A stretch of 64,000 nucleotides of DNA from a virus. The position numbers were made by a program, and so were the translations under genes. Below the pieces are notes generated by a model. That model saw nothing but the letters and a program-made list of their open reading frames with translations, was not told the DNA's origin and ran no database searches. Within the stretch, counting starts at the first letter, position 1. Each line of letters starts with the position of its first letter. This document shows, in pieces, positions 1 through 10,731 of the stretch. The stretch is from positions 128,001 to 192,000 of IMG/VR virus record IMGVR_UViG_3300045988_176357; one strand, written 5' to 3'.

Positions 1-60
1 TATAGGCATATGCTGGCTCGTTGTTACAGGCAGTGACGATAAGGATGGACCAAAGCAGGC

Positions 61-158
61 CTGAAGCAAAAGGAAGCCCGTAGAGGGCCGCTAAAGGGGT
101 CACCCCCTCTCGTTATGTAGGGTTACCCTCTAACAGAAGCCAGAGAGGTCTAAGAATG
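61..158 (+). repeat. Conserved ~90-nt structured leader element (copy 1), ends at an ATG
   Basis: Near-identical to 751-840. Contains small hairpins (gcccgtagagggc; ggggtcacccc; tagggttaccct) and an agagagg RBS-like tract immediately before the start codon. Confidence 0.5.
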
Positions 159-386
159 CAAGGAACGGTCTTGGAGGAGGATATCGGAGCATGTAGAAGA
201 CAGCAGTATGCTTGCCAGACACCACTGTCGATGGTTTCGGTACTGATTTTGACGAGATTGAGGATGCACTGGCTTAACAGTTACGACGTAACTGTTACTG
301 ACATGTCGCTATTTTCAAGACACCAGAGGCAGCAGAATATCATAATCCATGCCGAAAGGCTGTTTCGTGGGTATCTTCCTCCTTAA
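156..386 (+). CDS. Hypothetical small protein (76 aa)
   Basis: ORF follows the conserved leader element. No recognisable motifs. Confidence 0.3.
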   Translation: MQGTVLEEDIGACRRQQYACQTPLSMVSVLILTRLRMHWLNSYDVTVTDMSLFSRHQRQQNIIIHAERLFRGYLPP

Positions 387-389
387 TGG

Positions 390-760
390 TCCTCCTTCTC
401 CTCCCCTTAAGGTTCCCTGCACCTTCCTAATCCCCTCTATAGTCTCCCCTTAATGCTCCATCTGCCATAAGGTACTTTTTTTATTAGTTTACCTAGTGTA
501 CCTTGAAGAAGTACCGTAAGGTACTCTGAAAGGTACACAAGATGGACCTGTATATTAGGTATTATTTATTATGATACCCCTAAAGGGGTATCGTAATAAT
601 ATAATACTGCGCACGCGCATAATGCGCGACGCATATACACGTATACGCAACACATGCTGCGTCCGGGCTGCGCCCTGTCTGGCATGTGGAGCAAGGATTT
701 TGATTTTCCTTTGTGTGGCACCATATGTTGCCAGAATCCCATCAAACCTAAAAGAAAGCC
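390..760. other. Structured non-coding region: pyrimidine tract, six GGTAC/GTACC repeats, perfect palindromes
   Basis: ccttctcctcccctt tract. ggtac repeats at ~470-540. Palindrome gataccccTAAAggggtatc at ~575-596, plus gcgcat(a)atgcgc and cgtatacg palindromes. No convincing ORF. Confidence 0.5.
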
Positions 761-840
761 CGTAGAGGGCTCCCAAAGGGGTTACCCCCTCTCGTTGTGT
801 AGGGTTACCCTCTAACAGAAGCCAGAGAGGCCTTAGAATG
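751..840 (+). repeat. Conserved ~90-nt structured leader element (copy 2) upstream of sbcD
   Basis: ~90% identical to 61-158. Ends in agaATG of the 838 ORF. Confidence 0.5.
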
Positions 841-1923
841 AAACGAAAGATATATCTTGTCAGTGACTGCCATGTGAAGTCACGATTATGGACCAACTTT
901 GCTGCTGTGCAGGGCGACGCCTACATGGCAATGCGCAAGATGGCATCCGAAACCGACCCGTCAAGTGTGCTGATCTCCTGTGGAGATTTGCTCGACTCGA
1001 ACAGACCCTCCAATGTCGACCTTGCCGAGACAGCCGAATTCCTGAACCACTTTCACAGGGTGCTGTACATAGCTGGCAACCATGACGACTGTCAGCCGTC
1101 TATCGTGCCTGTGATGTGTCCTTATGCGTTGCATCTGACACCTGATGATGTCGTTCGTGAAGGCAATCTCGTCATCTGCGGCATTGACTGGCAGCGCAGC
1201 AGGGAAGCATTCCTTGAGTGCCTTGCTCAGGCTGCACAAACACTCAGTGACGAGACCAAAGATGGCGGTCAACCCGTATTGATCATGCACCAGGCTGTGC
1301 ACGATTTCCTGTCCATCGACGGCGCCAGCATGTGCACAGCAAAGGAAATCCTGGATACCGTAGGACAGGACGTCCTTGTGTACTCAGGCGACATCCATGT
1401 TGTGCAGCATGTCGCTTCCAGCCTTGGCAAAGGCAGAGTACAGTCTCCAGGTCCGCTCGTCCCTCAGGACACTTTGCAGGCCCGTAGACAGCAGGTTTAC
1501 TGGGAACTCGACAGTGACACCGGGGTACCCACCCGGCACCCCGTCAGCGTGCGTTCTTTTGCGTTTCTTGACAGTGCCGCTCCCGACTTCGACCTTGCAG
1601 CGTCTCTGGATGCTCTTGACAGAAGCCTTGAGCTGCCGCCTGTTGCGATACTGCAGGTGCACGGTGACTATGTGCCGCCTAAAAGTCAGCTCAACAGAGA
1701 GGACTGCATTGTAGTTGTCCGTACGGAACGGACTTCGACAGAAGTAAGAACTGCAGATGAGTCCAGTGTAACTACACTGGAGGAAGCCATAGCTCAGGAA
1801 ATTGAAGCTACCGAACCGCTGCTTGCTGACGTGTTGAAGCCGTTGGTGGACAGGCTGACAACTGCGGATAAACCTGACGAGCTTCTATCGACATTGCTTA
1901 CGAATTGGGAGGTGACCACATGA
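838..1923 (+). CDS. sbcD: SbcD/Mre11-family metallophosphoesterase nuclease
   Basis: Calcineurin-like motifs LVSDCH, GDLLD, GNHDD. Immediately upstream of, and coupled to, an SbcC-like gene (ATGA overlap). Confidence 0.8.
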   Translation: MKRKIYLVSDCHVKSRLWTNFAAVQGDAYMAMRKMASETDPSSVLISCGDLLDSNRPSNVDLAETAEFLNHFHRVLYIAGNHDDCQPSIVPVMCPYALHLTPDDVVREGNLVICGIDWQRSREAFLECLAQAAQTLSDETKDGGQPVLIMHQAVHDFLSIDGASMCTAKEILDTVGQDVLVYSGDIHVVQHVASSLGKGRVQSPGPLVPQDTLQARRQQVYWELDSDTGVPTRHPVSVRSFAFLDSAAPDFDLAASLDALDRSLELPPVAILQVHGDYVPPKSQLNREDCIVVVRTERTSTEVRTADESSVTTLEEAIAQEIEATEPLLADVLKPLVDRLTTADKPDELLSTLLTNWEVTT

Positions 1924-2168
1924 TACAAGTCAAACACATGGATCTGTTTCATTTCTGCCGGTTCGACAAGCTGTCGCTTGATGTACAGCCAGGTCTAACC
2001 AGAATAGCAGGTCCCAATGGCTCAGGTAAGACGACGGTCTTCAGAGCCCTGATCTACGGTCTGACCGGTTGGTGTGATCCGACATGGGGCACACAAAGCG
2101 ACCTGCAGCAGGACGATGAAAGCGTTCCAGGCTATGTCGAACTGACACTGTCGGTAGACGGCGAGGCT
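1918..2168 (+). CDS. sbcC: SbcC/Rad50-like ATPase, exon 1 (Walker A)
   Basis: GPNGSGKTT P-loop. ORF runs into a TAA at 2169 that begins the IStron. Continues in frame at 3835. Confidence 0.7.
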
Positions 2169-2600
2169 TAACAACCTCCATTGAGGAGTGATCCTCATTG
2201 CAAAGAAAGTGAATTGCTAATAGATCCCAAGAGCCTCACGATGCCTGTAACAAGGATCGAAAGAGAAAACAAAGAAGTGAGGATACCGCAAGGCGACAGT
2301 AAGCCTAAACGGGAGTGACAACGGACGTTTAGCAGCCGAGCCTTGTATCGAGAGATACCCGGTACAAGGAAGGTTCATCGACTAGGACATCGTGTCCGTA
2401 CCCGAGCAGCCGTGTGCGTGATAACGCACGAAAGCAAGGGGAAGTACTCTGGCTCAGGAATGAGTCAATGAAATAGTCAGTGCTTCATGGAAACATGAAG
2501 AGTGGTCAGGAGTGACAACCTGAAACCTGCTACTGGGCGGCAACCGGTAGTGAACAGAACCATGGACTTCAATTGTATTGTTATTTCGTCAAGTTTTATT
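2169..2600 (+). ncRNA. Group I intron ribozyme core of IStron A
   Basis: Conserved with 9 other intron copies in the window. P7-like R/S motifs. Confidence 0.65.
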
Positions 2601-2657
2601 TACCGTTTTGATCTTTACAGAACGGAGTTATAATACTCTCAGTAACTGGAGAACACT

Positions 2658-3791
2658 TTGGAACCAAGAGCACACATAATCAGATTGTACCCGACAAGGG
2701 CACAGGAGAAGCAGCTGAAGAATACCATCGGCTGCGCTCGTTATGCGTACAATTGGGCTCTCGAGAAGTGGCGGGAGATGTATGCCGCACATGATAAGGA
2801 CAAGGCTTCTCCAAAGCCAAGTGCCTTGAAGCTGACCAAGTTATGGACTCAGGAGAAGCCTGACTGGGCACATGAGACAGCTTATTGCAGCCAGCAAAGA
2901 GCGATACATAACGTAGGCGTCGCTTATCAGCGCCTTTAGAGGGGCTTATCGGCGAAGCCGAAGTTCCATAAGAAGGGCGGCAAGGAGACGTTTTACGTTG
3001 ATAATGCGAAGGTCGCATGGTACGGCAATAGAATCCAGTTGCCCGACATCGGACGTGTCCGCGTAGCGGAGCAGATCCGTTTCGAGGGCAAGGTAATGGG
3101 CTACACAGTGTCCCATTATGCCGGACAGTGGCATCTCATAGCTCAGGTCAACGCCGAAGGCGACGTGAAACCTTACTGCGCCGATCCCGAGTCCGTCGTC
3201 GGTATCGACGTAGGACTTCTGAATCCGGCTGTAGCCTCCGATGGAACCGTCTTGCAGCTCCCCATAGAGAAGCTCCAAAAGCTTGACGCCAAGCTCAGGC
3301 GGCAGCAGAAGGCACTCTCCAGAAGTCAGCGCAACTCCAGAAACCACGCGAAGCTTCTCGTAAAGAAGCAGCGTACGCAGAATAAGATCAACAACATCCG
3401 AAAGGATGCAGTACATAAGTTCACGACCACCATTGCCAAGAGCCACGGCAAGGTAGTCATCGAAGATCTGGACATCCAAGGAATGAAGGATAAAGCTCCT
3501 TCAAGAGCCGTCAGAAGGGCGCATAACAGTTCCCTCATGGGCGCCATCCATCGGCAGCTCTCCTACAAAGTCCAGCACCTGATCAAGGTGAATCGCTTCT
3601 TCCCGTCTTCCAAGACCTGCAGCAACTGCGGGCACATAAGGAGCGCCCTTGATTTAAGTGAACGTACATATCATTGCGACCACTGCGGAGCGGTCATCGA
3701 CCGCGACCTCAATGCCGCAATCAACTTGATGAAATCAGGGCTGGTCAAGCCCGAAGCGTCTGTGGAGCAAGTCGGTACCGACTTGCGTTGA
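2658..3791 (+). pseudogene. tnpB: tnpB (IS200/IS605 OrfB) with in-frame TAG at 2938
   Basis: N-term MEPRAHIIRLYPTRAQE. C-term RuvC/zinc-finger YHCDHCGAVIDRDLNAAINL. The track splits it into 2658-2939 and 3039-3791. The same lesion is present in copy E. Confidence 0.75.
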
Positions 3792-3834
3792 AGCAGAAAG
3801 TACAAACGGACGCAACGTCCGTAAGTTCATGACA

Positions 3835-5514
3835 GAATACGTCCTGAAGAGGTTTGCAGGGACTGGTACGAAGCTGGTCGACACATTATGTAAAGACGAT
3901 GCAATAATTGTTAAGAATCGTCAAAAAATAAATGCATGGTTAGAGCAGTTCACAGGCATCTCTATGCCGGTAATGGCACAGTTGATGTGGTTGCGACAGG
4001 AAAACTCATCTTGGCTGCTGACGGCTACAGCTGCTCAGATCAACCAGTTCCTCGGTCTCATTTTCGACACCAAAAAGCTTGAGACCTACAGACAGCATCT
4101 GAAGAATGCCTGTGACAGCATACCGAAGCTGCGCGATGACTTTGACACAAGAAGGAAGCAAGCTGCAGAGACATTGCACCAGCAGTCCTCGCAGAAGGAG
4201 CTGCTGTCACAACAGCTGCAGGAACAGCAGGCACTTGTACAGGCTACACGGGAAACGCTGCAGGCATTTGGTAACAGCATGTCTGTAGCCGACCGTGACA
4301 AGATGCTGCGTCTGTGCGAACAGGAACTGGCAGTCTACAACAGAGACCTCGACAAGTATAGGGATCTGCAGGAAGCTCCTGTCGTGGATATTGAAACCGA
4401 GACAGCAGCTGAGACTGCATTGGTCTCCAAAATATCTGCACAGCGGCTTGAAAAGTCAACTTGTGAGCGGATGCTGAACAGTGCCCGTGCCGATAGAGAC
4501 AACAGCAAGTGGAGGCTTGATCAGCTGCGTCATATACATACGCCTGACACCTGTGAACTATGTGGTTGCAACCTCAGTACCAGTCCGGAAACGTACCGTA
4601 ACAACAAAGTAAAACTGTTACTGCAGCAGTCTTTAAGCTACGAAGAGGCCATCAGAACCTTTTCTGAGACCTACGAAACCAGTGCACATAAATGCATTGA
4701 ACTGGAAAAGCGTATGGCCCTGCTTGAACATGCTATTGCTTCAGATAATAAAGTGCTGGAATCAATCGGACAGAAACGTGCTGAAAGACTCCGGTACATG
4801 GAACAGCTGCAGCATAAAACAGAGCTTCAACACAAGATTGAACAGGTGACTGCTGAAATCGAAAAGCTCAAGGCAACACCTGTGTACGATGCGTCTATAT
4901 CGAAGCAGCAGATTGAAAGCATGCTTCGCAGTGCCGAAGCCAGAGAGACGGAACTGAAATCCGCATATGAGACCTGTATTGCTTCTATTGCGTCTGCACA
5001 ACAGATAATACATGATGCAGAAGAAGATGCTGTCAGGTATAAACGTAACGAACGTGTGCGCCAGGTTCTGTCGACTTTGCGTGATGTTTTGTCACAAAGC
5101 AGAGCACAGGCAAGATACCTTAACAGCAAGATATCTGCCTTGAATGGCAATATAGCTCACTATCTGCAACTGTCCGAGATGCCTTTCACAGTCTTCCTCG
5201 ACCCTGCAGAGCATGTTTTCAAGTACAGGATGGATGATTGTGATGTGCAGCATCAGGCAGGCATGCTGTCTGGTGCACAAAAGGCTGCCGCCGCAATTGC
5301 AATACAGATGTCGCTCGTTGTTACGGCAGTGCCGGATCTGACATTGCTTCTGCTGGATGAAGCGGATGCTTCGTTGTCACCGGAGAACAAAGTAATTGCT
5401 ACCAAGCTTTACAGGGTCCTTGCAGAGACGCTCAGTGGAAGCGATGGCAGCACATTCGTCATAAGTCAGTCAGACACTGTTGCTGCAGAATGTGACAGAG
5501 AAATAACACTATAA
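3835..5514 (+). CDS. sbcC: SbcC/Rad50-like ATPase, exon 2 (coiled coil, signature motif, Walker B)
   Basis: Long Q/E-rich coiled coil. LSGAQK signature and LLLLDEADASL Walker B/D-loop near the C-terminus. Joins exon 1 in frame. Confidence 0.8.
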   Translation, partial: EYVLKRFAGTGTKLVDTLCKDDAIIVKNRQKINAWLEQFTGISMPVMAQLMWLRQENSSWLLTATAAQINQFLGLIFDTKKLETYRQHLKNACDSIPKLRDDFDTRRKQAAETLHQQSSQKELLSQQLQEQQALVQATRETLQAFGNSMSVADRDKMLRLCEQELAVYNRDLDKYRDLQEAPVVDIETETAAETALVSKISAQRLEKSTCERMLNSARADRDNSKWRLDQLRHIHTPDTCELCGCNLSTSPETYRNNKVKLLLQQSLSYEEAIRTFSETYETSAHKCIELEKRMALLEHAIASDNKVLESIGQKRAERLRYMEQLQHKTELQHKIEQVTAEIEKLKATPVYDASISKQQIESMLRSAEARETELKSAYETCIASIASAQQIIHDAEEDAVRYKRNERVRQVLSTLRDVLSQSRAQARYLNSKISALNGNIAHYLQLSEMPFTVFLDPAEHVFKYRMDDCDVQHQAGMLSGAQKAAAAIAIQMSLVVTAVPDLTLLLLDEADASLSPENKVIATKLYRVLAETLSGSDGSTFVISQSDTVAAECDREITL

Positions 5515-5524
5515 GGAGAACAGG

Positions 5525-6565
5525 ATGAAGTACAAGAAAGGTGAGTTCGGTTACTGGTGGACAGTAATTAAGGGTAATAAGGATATAGAAGGCAAAGTGT
5601 ATGTAGGTATTATATCTTGTCGTCGCTCTAGCTTGGTATCTCTTAAAGGCGCACCAAAAGAGGTTGGCGGTAGTTTTTATTGCTCTGGCAACGCTCTGAC
5701 ATCACTTGAAGGCGCACCAAAAAAAGTTGGCGGTAATTTTGACTGTTCATATAACAAGTTGACATCTCTTAAAGGCGCGCCAAAAGAGGTTGGCGGTGGT
5801 TTTGACTGTTCGTGCAACAAATTGACATCTCTTAAAGGCGCACCAAAAGAGGTTGGCGATGGTTTTGACTGTTCATACAACAAGTTGACATCTCTTAAAG
5901 GCGCACCGAAAAAAGTTAGTGGTTATTTTTATTGCTACAACAACGCTCTGACAACACTTGAAGGCGCACCAAAAGAGATTGGCGATGGTTTTGACTGTTC
6001 ATACAACAAGTTGACAACACTTAAAGGCGCACCAAAAGAGGTTGGTAGTTGTTTTTATTGTTCCGGCAATCCACAACTCAAAGAGCTCCTAGATAAGATG
6101 CCTACACAAGCTATATGTGGAGACGTGTATAAGTGGTGTGGAAAGATCTGGAGCTTCTTCGACGGCGTGCAGAAAGAGGTAGCAACGATACGCAAATCCG
6201 GCAGCATTACGGTGTACAAGATGAAAGACGGCACCTATGCTATGCACGACGGAGAGGCGTACGCGCATGGCAAAACACTCAAGGAAGCCAAAGCGGATCT
6301 CATCTATAAGCGCACATCAAGGGATCTCAGTGAATACAAGAAGTTCACCATGGATTCCAAGCTGCCGCTTGAGGAGTGCATCAAGATGTACCGCTCGATA
6401 ACAGGAGCGTGTTCTCTGGGCACAAAGGAGTTCTGCTCGAAGAGGAAGCTCAAGAAGGCGTACACTGTTGGGGAAGTCATTGAGATCACAGATGGTGCGT
6501 ATGGGAATGACAAACTTAAGGAGTTCTTTAAAGAAGGCAAATGTCTACAACAGATGAAACCGTGA
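5525..6565 (+). CDS. Tandem-repeat protein with ~23-aa LRR-like repeats (LTSLKGAPKEVGGxFDCSYNK)
   Basis: At least 10 consecutive 23-residue repeats. N-terminus MKYKKGEFGYWWT is shared with the 9646 gene. Confidence 0.6.
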   Translation: MKYKKGEFGYWWTVIKGNKDIEGKVYVGIISCRRSSLVSLKGAPKEVGGSFYCSGNALTSLEGAPKKVGGNFDCSYNKLTSLKGAPKEVGGGFDCSCNKLTSLKGAPKEVGDGFDCSYNKLTSLKGAPKKVSGYFYCYNNALTTLEGAPKEIGDGFDCSYNKLTTLKGAPKEVGSCFYCSGNPQLKELLDKMPTQAICGDVYKWCGKIWSFFDGVQKEVATIRKSGSITVYKMKDGTYAMHDGEAYAHGKTLKEAKADLIYKRTSRDLSEYKKFTMDSKLPLEECIKMYRSITGACSLGTKEFCSKRKLKKAYTVGEVIEITDGAYGNDKLKEFFKEGKCLQQMKP

Positions 6566-6673
6566 AAGCGATGAAAGAAGCTCTGGAAGGTGACCCTAAA
6601 GAACTGTTCAGTGCTCTGGCACACATTATGGTGCAATTCTTCAACAGAGAACTGGTAAACTAAGGAGAACGGA

Positions 6674-7423
6674 ATGAAAGTGACAGAACTTGAAAGAAAA
6701 GAAGTTTGTACGCAAGTAAAGTATGCGTGGAATAAGAAGGTATTTGAGCTTGACGACTGCCCTGACTGGGCTCAGTACGCAGCTGTTGACAAGGATGGAA
6801 CCGCATTCTGGTGCAGTAACGAGCCAGATCTGTGTTCCTTCGGCTGGCTAACCTCTCTGAAAGACAAATATAAGTCCATATGTGACGCTGATAAGCGTCC
6901 GCTTCTGTTCAAGACAGATGGCTGGGTCTACAGTCTGATAAAGAGACCAAAGTCTGCACACAAGAACGTATCGGCACACTTGTGCAGAGACAGCAAAGGC
7001 AGGTTTGTCAGCAGGGTCAAAGACGCCACACCCGATCTGCCTCAAACCCAGTATCAGACAACAGAAGGCCACTATGCCTATGGCAGATGCAAATTGCTCG
7101 AATTCTCCGCACGTGAGCTCAGCGATGAGTATGGTAATGCAATGCTGCAACTGAAACTGCTGCTGAAGAACAAAAAGGGCGTTGTAGAGCTGGTCATAGA
7201 TGTGCGTCCTGTCAGTAAGGAAAAAGGCGCACTGCGTTATTTTGTAGTGCAATCAGGGCTTGAGCATGCACTCTTCAGTGCTTTGTTGCATAAAGACAAA
7301 GAGATCGACGCGGACTTATCTGCGATATGTCCTGTACTTTATATATACAGTAATACTGACATACGTGAAATCAGGTTTCCAGCAGCATCATGCTGGAGAA
7401 TCGAGCGTGAAATTGCACTGTAA
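6674..7423 (+). CDS. CPDWAQYAAVD-motif family protein (long variant)
   Basis: N-terminal VFELDDCPDWAQYAAVDKDGTAFW, shared with about 9 paralogs. Confidence 0.5.
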   Translation: MKVTELERKEVCTQVKYAWNKKVFELDDCPDWAQYAAVDKDGTAFWCSNEPDLCSFGWLTSLKDKYKSICDADKRPLLFKTDGWVYSLIKRPKSAHKNVSAHLCRDSKGRFVSRVKDATPDLPQTQYQTTEGHYAYGRCKLLEFSARELSDEYGNAMLQLKLLLKNKKGVVELVIDVRPVSKEKGALRYFVVQSGLEHALFSALLHKDKEIDADLSAICPVLYIYSNTDIREIRFPAASCWRIEREIAL

Positions 7424-7434
7424 CAGAAAGGAGC

Positions 7435-8139
7435 GTGAAAATGAAAGTAACAGATCTCGATACAAAAGACGTCATAGTAACACGTACAGAAAAACGGTAC
7501 GTACTTAATGAGAAAGTGTTCGAACTTGATGACTGTCCTGACTGGGCTCAGTACGCAGCTGTTGATGAGTGTGGGACTGCGTACTGGCACGAGAACAAGC
7601 CATGTCATATGTTGCACCAATGGTTTCACAGATCAGATAGCAGGTATAAGGCTATTGCTGATTACAGCTTTGATACCACCGACTGGCAGCACAGTCTTAT
7701 CGAGCGACCCAAGAAGGTACTCGAGGTCACTATGGCTGACCTGGAGAAGAAATATGGGTGCAAAGTCAAGCTTGTAAAGGGCTACGATACGCAAGAAAAG
7801 ATAGATGTTACATCTGACGCTGTAGCTGAGACCAGCAGTAACTTAAGTACAGATGTTTACAAGTTGGATACGCAAGTGTTCCTGCTTAACCAGTGTCCGT
7901 CTTGGGCTAAGTGGGCTGCTGTGGATCATGACGGTATTGCAAGCTGGTACAACACTAAGCCAGTTCTCAGCTCAGACAAAAGATGGCAATTGCCGAAAGG
8001 CGTTTTAGGGTGCTGTATGCCAATTGAACGTGTCGGTACTGGACAATACATGCGCTTCGATGCATCGTCTTACTATGATAGTGTAGTGGAAAAGAAAGCG
8101 TGTTTGAGTCCATACAAAGCACGTAAATCCAATGCCTGA
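7435..8139 (+). CDS. CPDWAQYAAVD-motif family protein, two tandem domains
   Basis: Two copies of the CP(D/S)WA.WAAVD...W motif. First copy ends with LEVTMADLEKKYGCKVKLVKG. Confidence 0.5.
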   Translation: MKMKVTDLDTKDVIVTRTEKRYVLNEKVFELDDCPDWAQYAAVDECGTAYWHENKPCHMLHQWFHRSDSRYKAIADYSFDTTDWQHSLIERPKKVLEVTMADLEKKYGCKVKLVKGYDTQEKIDVTSDAVAETSSNLSTDVYKLDTQVFLLNQCPSWAKWAAVDHDGIASWYNTKPVLSSDKRWQLPKGVLGCCMPIERVGTGQYMRFDASSYYDSVVEKKACLSPYKARKSNA

Positions 8140-9649
8140 CAGCCTGACTATAAAGCTCAGCTATACTGTATGCTCGTGTACCCCGTGGCCTGTGAGCTTG
8201 CGGGATACAGCTCGTTTCACAATGCGTGAGCCAAAGACGCCGGAAGAACTTCGAGCAGAACGAGACGCCATTAAGCGTGCAGGCAGCACAGGCAAACCGA
8301 AGCCCTACAAGTTTACAAGTCACAGCTGCGTTGAAACAAGGAGTGGCTCAGGCTACTTCCTTATAGGCTTTTGGCCGCACCTCAAAGCAGAACTCGAAAA
8401 GCGCAATATACCTTACAGTGTAGACGACCAGCGAGATCGTTCACTCAGACCTGATCCTGATTATAGCTGCCTGTCGGGTATACAGTTCCGAGAAGGACAG
8501 GCAGAAGCATTGGCAAGTATCATATCAAGTGATGGCGGTCTGTTGTGCTCCAATGTTTCGTTCGGTAAAAGCTTCCTTATTAAGGTGCTCTGTCAATTAT
8601 ATCCTACATTGAACATACTTGTCGTATGCAATGCGGGCGAAGTCGTACGGGAGCTGTACAGAGCCATCTCTGAGGTGCTTCCCGGTCAGGTTGGCCTGCT
8701 GGATATGAAACACAGCGAGATCAATGGCAAACGCATCATCGTTACCACAACGAAGTCCATGACGAAAGTCAAACCGGAACAGGTACAGCTGATGCTCGTG
8801 GATGAATGTCATTGCGCTGGGTACAACGAGACAGGATTCCAAATCCAGCAGTTCTGCTTCTGCAGACGATTCGGATTCACAGCAACCCCGATCAGAAACC
8901 AAGGCGATCATCTGTACTTTGAATCGTTATTTGGGCCTGTGCTGCAGCAGCAGACATTTGAGCAGTCTGTAGCGGCAGGTTCGGTAACTCCGATTGAGTA
9001 CACTATGGTACCGATTGAGAAAAAGCTGACATATCTTGACGACATAAAGCAGCTGCCGAATGCAATTCAGTACCGACTGATGTATACCAACAACCCTGTA
9101 AGGAACAGACTTATTGCAGGTGTGTTCAACGATATCAGACAGGCGAATCCTGATGCACAGATACTTATCATGACTCAGACTATCGAGCACTTGATACGCC
9201 TATGTGAACTTATTCCGGGTTTGCATTTCGCACACGGTGAAAGAGGCGATCTCAGTTCATATAAGCGCAAGAAGGGGCTCGAGAATGTCGACATGTTCAA
9301 GTACAGACAGTCAGCTGAGCAACTGTCGTACGTGAAAAAACAGGCCGAGCTTGGTGAGTATAAGTCGCTTATAGCTACAGGCGTCTGGTCAAAGGGCATC
9401 AACCTGCACCACTTATCCGTACTTATAAGAGCGGATGGTGCTGTATCCGGGATACCGTCTGTGCAGATACCTGGACGACTTGCGCGGCTTGACGATGGAA
9501 AGGAAATTGCGTTTCTTGTGGACTTTTCGGACGAGTTCTGTGAGTCTGCAGGTAACAGAGCAGTAGCCAGAACCAGGCATTACAACAAGGAAGGATATGC
9601 GTGCGTATCTTATATAGATATGCTGCAGGAAATAAGAAGGACAAAATGA
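8132..9649 (+). CDS. SF2 DExH-box helicase
   Basis: GKS P-loop region, LMLVDECH (DExH box), GFTATPIR (motif III). True start may be Met at ~8222. Confidence 0.7.
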   Translation: MPDSLTIKLSYTVCSCTPWPVSLRDTARFTMREPKTPEELRAERDAIKRAGSTGKPKPYKFTSHSCVETRSGSGYFLIGFWPHLKAELEKRNIPYSVDDQRDRSLRPDPDYSCLSGIQFREGQAEALASIISSDGGLLCSNVSFGKSFLIKVLCQLYPTLNILVVCNAGEVVRELYRAISEVLPGQVGLLDMKHSEINGKRIIVTTTKSMTKVKPEQVQLMLVDECHCAGYNETGFQIQQFCFCRRFGFTATPIRNQGDHLYFESLFGPVLQQQTFEQSVAAGSVTPIEYTMVPIEKKLTYLDDIKQLPNAIQYRLMYTNNPVRNRLIAGVFNDIRQANPDAQILIMTQTIEHLIRLCELIPGLHFAHGERGDLSSYKRKKGLENVDMFKYRQSAEQLSYVKKQAELGEYKSLIATGVWSKGINLHHLSVLIRADGAVSGIPSVQIPGRLARLDDGKEIAFLVDFSDEFCESAGNRAVARTRHYNKEGYACVSYIDMLQEIRRTK

Positions 9650-10731
9650 AGTACAAGAAAGGTGAATTCGGTTACTGGTGGACCAGGAAAAATGAGGATA
9701 TTGAAGGCGGAGAGTATGAGGGCTCCATATGTTGTCCTGAAAATCTTACGTCTTTAAGAGGAGCACCACGAATAGTGACAGGTGAATTCTTTTGTCACCG
9801 TTGCCGTATCACAACACTGAGAGGAGCGCCTGAGAAAGTAGGCGGAAATTTTAGCTGTGTTGAAACGAAGCTGACAGATCTGAAAGGAGCTCCTAAAGAA
9901 GTCGGCGGTAACTTCTACTGTGACATGTGCGGGCTGATATCTCTGGAAGGAGGTCCTCGCAGGATAGGAGGAAGCTTTTACTGCGATAACAACAAGCTCA
10001 CTTCGTTAGAGGGCGGTCCCACTGAGATTTTCGGTGACTACAGATGCAGCTATAACGAGCTTAAAAATTTGTTAGGCGCACCAGAAGTTATTCCTGGCGA
10101 TTTCATCTGCAGTGAAACCACTCTTAATTCACTGGAGGGCTGTCCAAAAGTAGTGAAGGGCTCATTGATCCTGGACTATAATTCGCTCATATCCTTGGAG
10201 CATTGCGCTAAAAGTGTAGGAGGGGACTTCAATGTAAACTTCAATGGGCTTAAGTCGTTGTTAGGCGGGCCCGTATCTGTAGGAGGATCCTATAAGTGCG
10301 TGAACAATGATCTGCGTACTCTTTTTGGTTGTCCGTCAGTCATAAACGGAGACTTTGAGTGCGCAGGCAATGCACTGAATGATCTTGCCTCCTGTCCAAG
10401 TAAAGTAACAGGTAATTTTGATTGCTGTAGTAATCATCTGGTTACCTTGGAAGGAGGTCCCACAGAGGTAGGCGGCGACTATGACTGCTCCGTCAATAAT
10501 CTACAGACGCTTAAAGGAGCTCCATCGTGTGCTAACGGTGATTTTGATTGCAGCTTCAATGAATTGACAAGTCTTGAAGGCTCTCCTGATGTGGTGGCTG
10601 GAGAATTCGTCTGTCATAATAACAAATTGGAGTCTTTGGTCGGAGGACCTAGCGTAGTGTCCGCTCACTATTGCTGTTCGTACAATAACTTGAAGTCCCT
10701 GAGAGGGATTGCTCATAAAATCGGTGGAGCT
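9646..10731 (+). CDS. LRR-like 23-aa repeat protein, exon 1 (split by IStron B)
   Basis: MKYKKGEFGYWWT start, then about 14 repeats of LxSLxGxPxxVxGxFxC. Ends GGA then TAA, which is the first triplet of the IStron. Confidence 0.6.

Larger units (their letters stand above)
2169..3834 (+). mobile_element. IStron A: group I intron ribozyme + IS605-type tnpB + conserved 3' tail ending ...ttcatgaca(g)
   Basis: 5' ~430 nt is shared with elements at 10732 and 51996 and carries group I R/S-like motifs (ggttcatcgacta, aatgaaatagtcag). 1666 nt, same length as copy E. Confidence 0.8.

Noticed and set aside
555-896. ORFs 555-896 (-) and 571-765 (+)
   Set aside because: They lie in palindrome- and repeat-rich non-coding DNA with no RBS or sensible composition.
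2938-2940. In-frame TAG in tnpB could indicate amber stop-codon recoding in this phage
   Set aside because: All other long ORFs are intact under the standard code, and TAG, TAA and TGA are all used as ordinary terminators. A pseudogene is more likely.
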